Positions 49,201 through 60,300 of a stretch of 64,000 bases of DNA are shown piece after piece. The stretch is from Marsupella aquatica (Eukaryota; Plantae; Marchantiophyta). The number at the start of each line of letters is the position of its first letter. Position 1 is the first letter of the stretch. The stretch covers positions 13,519,934 through 13,583,933 of the forward strand of contig OZ316899.1 in assembly GCA_973895155.1 (NCBI GenBank), given 5' to 3'. The notes under the pieces are model-generated. The model worked only from the letters and a program-made list of their open reading frames with translations. It made no database searches and was not told the origin of the DNA. The translations under genes were made by a program, and so were the position numbers.

Positions 49201-52200
49201 TCACAACGGCGGTAGGTCGCTTTGCTTACGATAGCTTCCAAGGACCTCTGGGGCATTACCCAAATTTACTTCCGGTTCCCAAGTACTCTTGGCTTGATCA
49301 TAGCCAGCCCACTTCACCAAATACTCTAAGATTTGCCTTCCCAACTTGCATTTGTAATGGTGGTCCAAAATTGGCTCCACCTCAAACTCCTCAACGTCCT
49401 CCACCAGCATGGCGTCCGGACGCAAGACCTGATCTCGGATGGGATCATTGTCTTTGACAAACTTCTTGAGTCGGCTAACATGGTAGCTTTTGCCTACGCC
49501 CATTTCCTTGGGTGTCTCCAACACCATCAAAACCGGATTATCCTTGTGAGCCCATTGTATGATGCAATACAACCCCGCATATCTGGGAGCCAGCTTACTA
49601 ATTATGTTCCCATGGTATTGTTCAAGTCTCAACTGCAACCAGATGCTCTCCCCAATTTCAAAGCTTACCTAGCGTCGATGTTTATCCCCTTGCTCCTTGT
49701 ACCAACTTTGGGCAAGGGTCATACCCTTGGTAGCCGCTTCCACAACTAGGCGCCGCTCTCAAATAAAATTGCCCGCAGAAGGAACCTTGCTTTTTGTCCG
49801 CCAAGCTTCCGGATTTATGAACCAGGAGGGCGCCCTTGGCGTCCTCCCTATGGCCAACACAAATGGCGCAAACCTCATCGCCGAATGCCTGGTCGAGTTA
49901 TACTTAAACTTGGCCATTGTTAAGTGCTTTGCCCAATCCTTTTGATTGGCCATCACAAAGTTACGCAAGTAGTTCTCCATGATACCGTTCACGCGTTCCA
50001 TTTGGCCATCCGTCTTGTGATGAAACGCTGATCCTCTAGTAAGGTCTATTCCGGATAACCAGAAGACCGCCTTCCAGAAATGGCCCATGAACTTGGTATC
50101 GCGATTGGACAAGATATGCAACGACAATCCCCATTGTCGGAAGATATTGTCAAACACTAGACCGGCAACCTCTCGGGCCAAAACCATTTTTGTAGTCGGT
50201 AAGAAATATGCCATCTTGGAAAAATGATCCATGATTGTTAAGATAGAGTTACTACCGTGGGACTCATGTAACCCAACAATGAAGTCCATGGAGATGGACT
50301 CCCATGGAGCCACAACTACTGGTAAGGGTTGCAAAAGTCCTCCTTTTGCCCTATAGACAATTTGGTTCTTTTGGCACGAGTAACTATGCATGTGGCAAAG
50401 AACCGATTGCTTCATGTCCGGCCAATACACATCTTGCAACATGCTGCAATATGTAGCAGCTTGTCCGCCATGCCCTCCCTAGGGCAAGTCATGGTACTTT
50501 TGCAGAACCTCTATCCTTAGAGACTATGGGATGTACACACGCCTCTACTTGTATCGCCATAACTGGACATTATGCGCGATATCCAACCCCAATGAAACGT
50601 GCCTCACCTTGTCTTGGCTACCCCCATTGCTTTGCCATTCCTTGGCTAACCTGTCCTTCCCATACGCCTTGGCCAGAACCTTTGGTCACTCGGATTTGAG
50701 CATTGTGATCCCATTGACACAATGATGGTCCCTACGCGATAACCCGTCAGTTGCCGTATTTGTCTTCCCAAGAGCGTGACAGACTTTGAAATCAAAATCT
50801 GCCAAGAACATCTGCCAGTGCATTTTCTTGGGGTTCAGTCTTGGCTTAAAACTGAAGTACTCCGTCGACAAGCTATTTGTGTCTATTACCACTTTGGGAC
50901 AGTTCTTAAGGTAAATCTCCCACTTCTTCAACGTGTAGATCACTGCATATATTTCCCTTTCCGATGTGATCCAATGATTTTCCAACTTACATGACTCAAA
51001 GGCCACAAGACACCCATCTTGGTGAAGACAAGTGCCAATGGCATAATCGCTCGCATCTGTCCAAATCTCAAACGGCTTCCCCATCTCGGGTAACTTTAGA
51101 ACGGGTGGCGTTATCATTAGCCGCTTGAGTTCTAGGAATGCTAACTCGCAATCCTGTGTCCACACAAACACATTGTTTTTCATCGTTAGCGCGTTTAGGG
51201 GCCTCACGATCCTTGCTTAGTCTTCCATGTATCTCTGATAGAACCCCATAAATCCTAAGAAGACTCTAACCTGCCTTACATTGGACGGGCCCTCCCATTC
51301 TTTGATCTCCTTAAGCTTGTCCTGACTAGGCGTAATCCCCTTTGGGGTAAAGGTATGATCGAGGAACTAAACCTTGTTCATTGCAAACTTGTATTTGCTA
51401 GGTTTAGCAAAGAGACAAGCATTACAAAGGCAAGAGGGCACTTCCCTAAGCAACTGCTCATGTTCCTCCAACGTTTTCAAGTAGATTAGGATGTCGTCAA
51501 TAAAGACAACCACTCCTTGGTCCAACAAGTCATGAAAGATGGTATTCATCATCTTCATGAACGTTGCAGTTGCATTACACAACCCGAACGGCATAACCAA
51601 AAATTCATAGGATCCAAACCTTGTGCGCATTGCGATCTTATACTTATCTCCCTTAGCCATGCAGATCTAGTAATACCCAGACCGCAAGTCCACCTTTGAA
51701 AACTTCTTAGCCCCGGAGAGGAAATCAAAGAGGTCATCCATATGAGGTAACGGGTACTTGTTCTTTCCCGTCTGCTTATTGAGGGCTCGATAATTTGTGC
51801 ACAATCTCAAAGTACCATCCTTTTTGGACACAAACAGCGCGAGCGCCCCATAAGGGCTCTTACTAGGCCGAATGAAGCCTTGGTTGATTAACTCTTCCAA
51901 GGCGTTCTTCAACATCATTTATTTGTTCATGTTCAGACATATAAGGAGCTTTAGCCTGAGGAGCCAAACCTGGCTCCAACTCAACTTGGTGATCCACTTC
52001 TCTCCACGGGGTAAACCTTTAGGTAGCTTTTGCAAGAGCACATCATAGAGTTCCTCTAAAATTTCAGGAATTTGACCGCAGTCGGGCCCAACCTTAGCTG
52101 ACTTAACCTTCGGCTGCGAAGCAGCCTCCTTAACTGGGTGGAGTTGAAAGACGAAACATTCATGTCCACCCTTGAAGTCTTTCCACCATTGCTTTGCCAA

Positions 52201-53467
52201 TACACACGGAGATAACCCCGACACTTTACTTACTTTGAGAATCTTTTTTTATTTTTGGTAATTTTGTGTACAATGATGGGCTCACTGCCCTTATTGGGAA
52301 AATTGAGCACTTCATTCCCCGGTATCAAGGTAACATTGTGCTTTCTGAGATAACCTACCAACAAAATGAAGTCTACGGCTAGACCATCTAGAACGTAGAA
52401 CATCTCATGACTAACAAAATTTTGTTGTTTGCCTATGACCTCTACACAAAGTCTGTGTACCACTCTTGACACTATCCCTTTCATGTCGTTGGCAAACTTG
52501 CACACTAACAGTTGTAGTAGCTCTTGCACGTCCACCCCAAGACATGTCACCGCCTGCCCACTTATGAAGTAGGCGGACGCCCTTGTATCCACCAATGCAA
52601 CACCCAGGTTACCGTTAAAAGTGACATTCACAAAAATCACCTTTTTAGGATCCATTATCTTGACCTTAGGTACTTTCTCTCACAACAACACCTTCTCTCC
52701 GATAGGAACATCCCCTATAGGGACCTCATCAACTACTAAGGGTTTGGTTAGAGCGATACTTACCTTAATGCTCTTCTGCCCTCCATCTCCGCTCGGCTTG
52801 CCCCCTTTGAGGGGCAGTCCTTACTTTGATGGCCCGTGGCGCCACACGTGTAGCACAAACCTTCAGCCCGCCTCTGCTCCATAAGCGCCTGCTTCTTCAC
52901 TTTTTGCGCCGATGAGGTTCCTTTCTTGAAGTTGTCGGCCTTCCGGTTACGCTTCACTTCTTCGTTTTGGGGGATCCAAACCACTGGCCCCCATCCCCTT
53001 AGGCTGCTTATGCTTATTCCTGACACCTTTTGCTTTCCCAGCTTCCCCCTTGGATCCCTTGCCACCCACCTTTGCCAAGTCCGGCCGGTTATTCACCAGC
53101 ATAGTGGCCTTGTCAAAGGCGTCAGAAAGCGTTTTAAACTCATGATGCTTTTCCTATAACTTTCCCTCAGCAACGGCGGGAGCTTCACTATAAAGTTGTG
53201 AAGCTGTGTATGTAGGGTCTCTTGCCTTGCCCAGATACATGCCAACTGGTTCTGGTAATAAGTGATGAACTTTTGGATATCACCCCTGAAGCTCATCTCT
53301 GTTACATATTTCTGAGCATGCCGCTCTGGGTACTTAGTGGTGACATGAGCACGGAGACCCTCAACCAGGTTTTCCCAAGTTAACGGCAAGGAGTGCTGGT
53401 AGGCCCCGTCGTAAGTTGGAGGAGTCGGTAGCTGGTTCACTTGGAACATACTCCGTCCAACTACCAT
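49201..53467 (-). pseudogene. Chromovirus gag-PR-RT-RH-INT-chromodomain
   Basis: Motifs CYTCGATGHQSKDC, ALVDTRAS, KYPLP..DLRSGY, VMPFGL..FIDDILI, WTDASD, PWESISMDFI and HKTDGQ. Chromodomain EFEVE.IL..YLVKWAGY....TWEP. Confidence 0.92.
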
Positions 53468-54336
53468 TCCCCCCTCGGGACGCGTCGCACTTTGACTATC
53501 CAGACTAAGTAAGTACTTAATCTGGGCCCCTTGTTGTGTTCCAACTGCTCATAAATGAGTCATTGGTCTTGAGTCAACGGACCCAAACCGTCGTCAGCTG
53601 CTGGGCCCTTGCGGGTTGTATAAGGACGGTCCTCCAACCGTCTTTCCTTTGCGGGCCGCCTATCCTTAGGTTCCTTTGTGGATTTTGGTGACATCCCCGT
53701 GACTTGCGGGCACCATGATCTCCCGGGGCTGAGGCATCACCCACATTGCCCTAGTTCTGCTTGGTCAAATTATCCATGATGACATCCGGCTTGACATCAT
53801 CCTTTGGTTCCGCGTCCAACCCTCTCAAGGCTAGGATCAGTTCCTCTTACGGGTCCTGACCCTCTTCCTCCGATTCAACTTCTGCATCATTGTCGCATCC
53901 ATCCAAGTTGGAGCCGTCATCGCCCAGCCCGTCCTCTAGAGGATTGGCCACCTCCTTCCCTTTAAGTTGACGGCACTTTGCACTTGATGTGTTTGCTGCA
54001 GCGGTTGATGGTTCAGCCGCCACGTCCTTGTCGTCCTACTTGTAACGTTTGTCTAGGGAAGTCAACCCATCCTCCTTCTGTTCTTCTTGAACTTGGGCTC
54101 TCCCCTTTGCCGGGGAGCCTGTTTGCCACTCTTTGATCAAGTGTTCTTCACCATGTCCCTAGTGACCAAATCTGCTCGCAGTCGACCCGCCGGGCACATT
54201 GAAGCACTCAGTCCCCGCAAAATTCTGTTAAGATTTTTGGATTCCGACTTAACACAACTTCGACCCGATGTCTATGCCAACAATCCTGAGCAATCCTGAG
54301 CAATCCTGAGCAATCCTAAGGGATTGGTGAGGGTCC

Positions 54337-54411
54337 CTTAGGCATGGGTGCTGGGATTGGTGAGGACCTTGTCACCTAGCGTCCTCACCAATCCCAACAC
54401 CCATGCCTAAG
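54337..54411. repeat. 31-bp inverted repeat (1 mismatch, 13-nt loop) at the inferred LTR/leader junction
   Basis: 54337-54367 pairs with 54381-54411. The loop contains TGTCAC. Confidence 0.85.
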
Positions 54412-55231
54412 TGCCCCTGGTGCTCGAACGCCTCCACGGATACCTTGAGCAAGCAACCTTGTGCCCCTTGCACCACCAGTGGCCCCTCCCATACCAAGCT
54501 GCACTTGCTCTCCAACACGACCGTTACTCAACGGTCCTCATTGTTTGCACAAGCAACCAAGCATCTCAGTAAGTAACCCTTCAGGATCTAGATCTCCCCA
54601 AGTCTAGCATCCTAACTCAAGCTCAACAGACATTGGTAAGTAGGTCAGTGATAGGTCCTCCCGATGCCATAAGCCGGAACCAGAACTGACGCCCATTATT
54701 TGTCCAAAACACCTCCTTCCTTGGGCGCAGCCTGGGTTCCCCCTTGTACCTATCCATCACCAACTGACCGCCCTGACCCCAAGACATGCTCATGGCCCAA
54801 ATAGCGTAGCTTGTCCTAAATCTTGTCCCAACATGTCGGGACCAAAATGGCCCCGACTCTAGCAACCAACTCCCGGTTCTTGCCCCACTCACAGTCTAGG
54901 GGCCAAGCACCCTTGGAACTCAACCTCCATGCCTACTTGGCCTTGCCTCCCCAATGCAAGCTCCCTTGAGAGACTGAACGCGGCTTGGCTGCTATTTCGG
55001 TAGGATTTGGCAAGCGAGCGAGATAACACCCCAAACCTCGAGAACCCATAGTGCCCCCAGACCTAGATGAGCTCAAGAGGACGTAGCTCTTCTCAAGAGC
55101 TTTCCAAAGCACCCAAGAATTCCTCCAACAGACTTCCCATTGGAAAATTATCGTCGTTTTCATTTGGCATTTTCCCTTAGGATCGCATCCGCCGTGGCTC
55201 ACGACTTCGGCTCGCCCTTAGCCCCCCAAGG

Positions 55232-55585
55232 GGGTATAGCAACGAAGATAAAAAACAGGTAAATAGAAAATTTGTTTCTTGTTTTTAATATGCTGTTATC
55301 AGGAAAAAATTACTGTTACCTGGAAAAATGATAATTTAAAAATGTTTCAAAAAAATATAATTTTCAAACAAATTTAACAATGTAACATTTTTGGCTAGCT
55401 TTGGACGCTGCTATTACCAACTTTGGACGCTAGCAAAAAAAAGTTGTCGACCAAAGAAAAATAATAATCTCCAAAAAAAAATCCAAAAAAAAATCCACTC
55501 ATTTTTCTGTTACTAGTTTTTGTTTCATGTTACCAGTTTTTTTTCTATTATTGTTTGTTGTGTCCTATTTTTTGTAAATACACCC
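55232..55585. mobile_element. AT-rich MITE-like insertion in the chromovirus LTR
   Basis: Abrupt AT-rich block with GGGTATA...TACACCC ends, flanked by the direct repeat CCCCCCAAGG (55222 and 55583). Exact TSD length is ambiguous. Confidence 0.55.
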
Positions 55586-57354
55586 CCCAAGGAGACACCA
55601 CTCCCCTCATATATGCTTCTGGAGACCTGCCGCCCCCGGACCAACTTTGGTACTCAACTTTTTGGTCCACAACCAGGATCCTATCCCGCATGTCTGGGCG
55701 CGCCACCAACTAGCAACGCCCATAACTTCCTAGTTAGGCGTCCGCAAGCAGAGTGCCTTCGCCCATTGTGATCCGACCGAACTAGTGCTCATGCCTAGGC
55801 CCTCAGGTCTCATTGCCGCGCCATCGACCAAACTCGGATCGGGCCATAACTTGTGCCCCAAGCTTTCAATGCCCATGGTGTCAACTCCATTGGCTTTGGG
55901 CCCAAGAGGAGCTCTCACTCAGGCCCTAATAACTCAAAGTCCGTCCGGGGGTCCGGACGGTCAAAGTTGAGCCCGACCCCTTTCCCCTTGACCCAACCAA
56001 CACTCAGCTGGTCTAAGTCCTTAGTGTGTGTCGCCAGCTTGGCGCCTTGCCTTCGCTAGTGCCACGTCTCATTGCCCACAAGTCTCCCTATGCTAAGTAC
56101 GTCCTCCCCGAATGCCCTATCCGGGCCTGGACCATAAGGGAGCTCGGCATTGGAGTCAGCGATGCCGGAGCTAAGTTTTAAGGTAGTTGAGTTCAGTGAC
56201 TATTGACCACAACTTGGCTTGGTGTTACTAGACCTGTTGCCTCTAGCTTCACAGACTCAATGTTCAAATGCAGTGCATCGATGAGAGCTTGCGTTTCCTC
56301 ATCAAAAGTTTGTCCACTAAACAAGTTCAAAAAAGCATGTTCAAGGCTTGGCATGCTTGTATTGCTTGAACTACTAGGGGACCATGCAATAGGCACGTGA
56401 GGGATCTCCTTTCCACTCAAACATGTCTCCTTGCCATTGGTACTCAAGCTTGGGGCCATGGCATAGGCAGACAAACCAATGCTGAACAATGGGGAGGACA
56501 TGATCTCCTATTCAAGGGATAAAGTGCACCATTGAATGTAACATGTTACTGAGATTTTGCTGCTGCATTAGAAATGTGAAAGGACGACTATGGCTTGATT
56601 GAGATAGCAACAAACATAACAGTATAGAGGAGCCAAACATCGGTCGTAATGCAAACTGGGACACAAAATAACCAACCAAAAGCTGGCAATCAATGGTTGG
56701 CACGGATGACCAAAGTTGGGGCTATCAAAGAAGTCTCAGACAATCAGAGGTGCGCATTGGCGAGGACCCCCGCGAGGACCGATTGTGGCCAGATCATAAT
56801 TGTGGAAAGAATAATGTCAAAAGCGAGATGCAAAATATCACTCTAGAAAAATAGAAGTGGAAGCTTGAGATGCTCAAAATATCACAAGCATTACAAGATA
56901 TAATGCTTGCCTAAACTTGGAGCGAGATAACAACACCACATTCGTCAAAGATATATTTAGTGGACCTCAAAATGCAACATTTTCTCTTAATGGACCAAAA
57001 GTTGCACACACCCTCCCAGCAGACCTTCGGGTCCATTAAAGGTACCATTTCCTATGAGATGTTCTTCTAACACATTGTGAAGTTCTTATAACGCGAGATT
57101 GTCACTATAAAATGCAGCATGTTCTACTATTCTTTAGTGTCCAACCACGTCGCCGAATGCGGTCGACTATGATCACAGTTCCGAGTGAATCAATGTATCC
57201 CGCAATGTATACATTGACCACAATGTATACAAACATGAACCGTAATGTCAAACAAACCATATGTTGTGCAACCGCACAATGATATAGAGCCTCACAATTA
57301 GATCATGTATACATTGACATCATTGAATGTATACAAGGACCACAATGTTGGATG

Positions 57355-60300
57355 TGTTGTGAGGTATAGAACAACTAATTCATCATTCATCATTCCACCA
57401 TTACATATAGCTCCTTAGGTGACTAGGTAGTTAGGCGGTTGGGCTTAGCCTAACTGTAGTAGGGGTTTAACCCTAGGTAGGTAGGTTTAGACACGGGTTA
57501 TAACACTCCCCGTTGGGTGTAACATAACCCGGGGTAATGTTGCAACCATCTAAAAACCTACACAAAAGTATAATGGATCCTAGTCATTTAAAGTTTGTAT
57601 TTGGGGAGGGAAATGTAACCTCATTAAAACCCCCTCTCCTTTCTTGTAGGGGGAAAGAGTGTTACCATTTCCTCCCAGCTATAGTGTAATGTAAAGTTAG
57701 TGTAATCTGTAGAAAATAATTGTTTGAAAAGCTTATCATTTTGACTATGTGTGTATGTCGTCAGTTTTGCTTCTTGCTTTTACTTAGTGTTTCACAAATT
57801 TTTTTGTAAGGCCTAAGTCGGTGCCGCAATGCGCATGAGTCCATAGTAGTGTAGACTTAGGGCAGTGGGACTATGCTTAAGTCAATTCCTCTGCTCCAAA
57901 GTCGATGTTTGATGGGTGCGCGATGTCCGGTGTGCGTTGCTACCGTGTTCTTGATTCTCTGGTGTATGGTCGCGATGGTATCGTTTCTGGGGGGGAGGGG
58001 GGAAATGTGATCTCGAGCTTGTAGTCTAGGTCATTTATGGCTGTAATGAGAGGATTTCTGATCTGAGTCGACGGTGGGTGTTAATCCGTGCGTGGAAGAT
58101 AATGTCGAGAGGCCATGGTCTCGACTCTCCTTTGAAGAAGTGATGTTGGGCCTAGGCATGTTCGTCACAAGGTTGATGATTTTTGGTGGGAGGTGTTTGT
58201 ACCTGCATTGTTGGTGGTCGTTCTTGCTAAGGTTGGGGGATTCTTCTCTGGTCAATTCTCTTCTGCGCGATTGGAGTGTTGGGAAGCGGATGTGGCGAAC
58301 TGTAGCTAGTGAGATTTGTTCCCAGCTGCTTTACAGATGAGGTTTTGCATTGCTCCCCCTGACATTGTCTTTTATTTTCATGGCTCTCTTATAGTCATTC
58401 TTTCCGTCGTGTTGACGCAACTGCCGTTTCTTTCAAATGTCAAGAATTTTGCTCTAGAATGTTGCTATACCGGTAGATGCGCGTTTTCTTATAGTCGTGT
58501 GTTGCTAGCTTCCCAAAAAGGTCCTCCTCTTCTTGTGCATGGTGGGTACTATGTACTGTCTTGGAATGAGTGATTGAGTGCTCCCCCTAATGTTGTCAGT
58601 TCTTTGAATTAGTCTGGCTTTGGTGTCTGTCTTCTCAAATGAGTCAGTAGCATCAATCCGTAAAGTAGATGGTGGTGAGCTGGATCGTATTTCTCCCTCT
58701 ATTATCAAAGGTAAAATTTTGTAAAGAATGCTATTCTTGAAGTTTGAATGGCTGTTTGTTTGAGGGTTCAGATCTCTCCCTGATTGCCATAAGCATGTCT
58801 GCTGTGATCTTTGTTCAAGATCTGTTCGAGTTGAGCTGGTCCAAGCTTCACGGTGTAGCCTACAGATCGGGTCTCCCCCTGAGCAAAACGAGCGCTTCCA
58901 CTGTAAGTATAATTGTATTTAATTTTGTAGTTCAGTTAAGGTCCATAGACCTACTGAAATTGCATGTTGTTTATGCAATGTAGGAGGTAGGGATTTTGTA
59001 AACATATCAGCAATGTTCTGTGAGCTTTGTATCCATTTAACTTGAATACTACTTCCTTGCTATTCATGCGTGAAAAAGAACTTAGGAGCGATGTGTTTGG
59101 TTCTGTCTCCCTTGATAAAGCCTACTTGAATTTGTTCAACGCATGCTCAGTTATCTTCATGAATTTCCGTCGGTGTTGATAGTGTAGGTATGTCTGTAGT
59201 CTCATGAATGTGATTGATAACGTTGCGTAGCCAGATACACTCCCTACTTGATTCGTAGAGAGCTATTATCTCTGAGTGGTTGGACAATGTAGTAGTTAAT
59301 GTCTGCTTGCAACTTCACCATGAAATTGTTGTCTCGCCCATCAAGAAAACGTATCCAATCTGAGACTTAGCGTCCTCAGGGTCTGAAAGATAACCTGCAT
59401 CAGCATACCCAGTGAGTAAGTATTTAGCATCTGATGGGTAAAATAGTCCCAGATCCATGGTACCTGCTAGGTAGCGGAAAATGCGCTTTATGCCATTCCA
59501 ATGCCGAATAGTCGGCTTGGCACTGTGGCATGCCAGTAGATTTACGGCAAAGGCTATGTCAGGCCTTGTCTGGTTCAAAAGGAACATCAAGACACCTATA
59601 GCAGATAGGTATGGTTTTTCTGGGCCAAGTAGTGGCTCCATCTTGCTTCTCTTTTGGAAGAGATCCTTTTCTTTATCAAGTGAGCAAATGTCCATGGGAG
59701 ATCTGACTGCAGTGGTTTTGTCCATGTTAAATTGCCTTAGAATCTTTTTGATGTACGTGGACTGATGCAGTAAAATGCCATTGTGCAGGTACTCAAATTG
59801 CAGGCCTAGGTAGAAAGAAGTCTGGCCTAGGTCGCGCATCTCGAAGGCCTTTGTCAATAGTGTAATAGTTTCAGTCAGAATCTTTTTAGTTCCGAACAGG
59901 TTCAGATCGTCCACATAGATGGCTACTATAATAAATTCCTTGTTTTTCCGCTTCAGGAATAAGCAGGGTGCTATGTCTGCATTCTTAAATCCCATAGCCT
60001 GCATCTCGGCCTTAAATCGTTTGTACCATGTCAGGCCACTTTGCTTAAGGCCATACAATGATCTTAACACCTATACTGCAAATCGAGTTCTCCGGGTGAT
60101 GTCTCTCTGATTCTGTATAGGGACTTTAAGGGCTATCTTTGCTGCAGTCTTGTGGAGTATTGCTGAATTGGTATGCTCACATGTTTTCGGTTGCTTCCGA
60201 GTTGCTGCTTTATGGATTTGTTTCCCTTTGCTGTGGTATTCGACTCGTTTCACCAATTTTGGAGGGGCCTCCATGTATATAACTTTGTCTAAGTGTCCAT

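Larger units (their letters stand above)
48672..56205 (-). mobile_element. Ty3/Gypsy chromovirus, Tcn1-like, degenerate; 3' LTR stub 48672-48782, 5' LTR ~54370-56205
   Basis: 48672-48778 matches 56095-56200. A PPT lies at 48783-48791. The pol carries a chromodomain. Confidence 0.85.

Noticed and set aside
56193-56846. Short ORFs as a host gene
   Set aside because: There is no recognisable domain or consistent frame.
15591-57505. Pairing the two Bianca LTRs as one element
   Set aside because: The order is wrong for a minus-strand element, the outer flanks differ (TCTTT and GGATG), the LTRs are visibly diverged, and each has its own gag.
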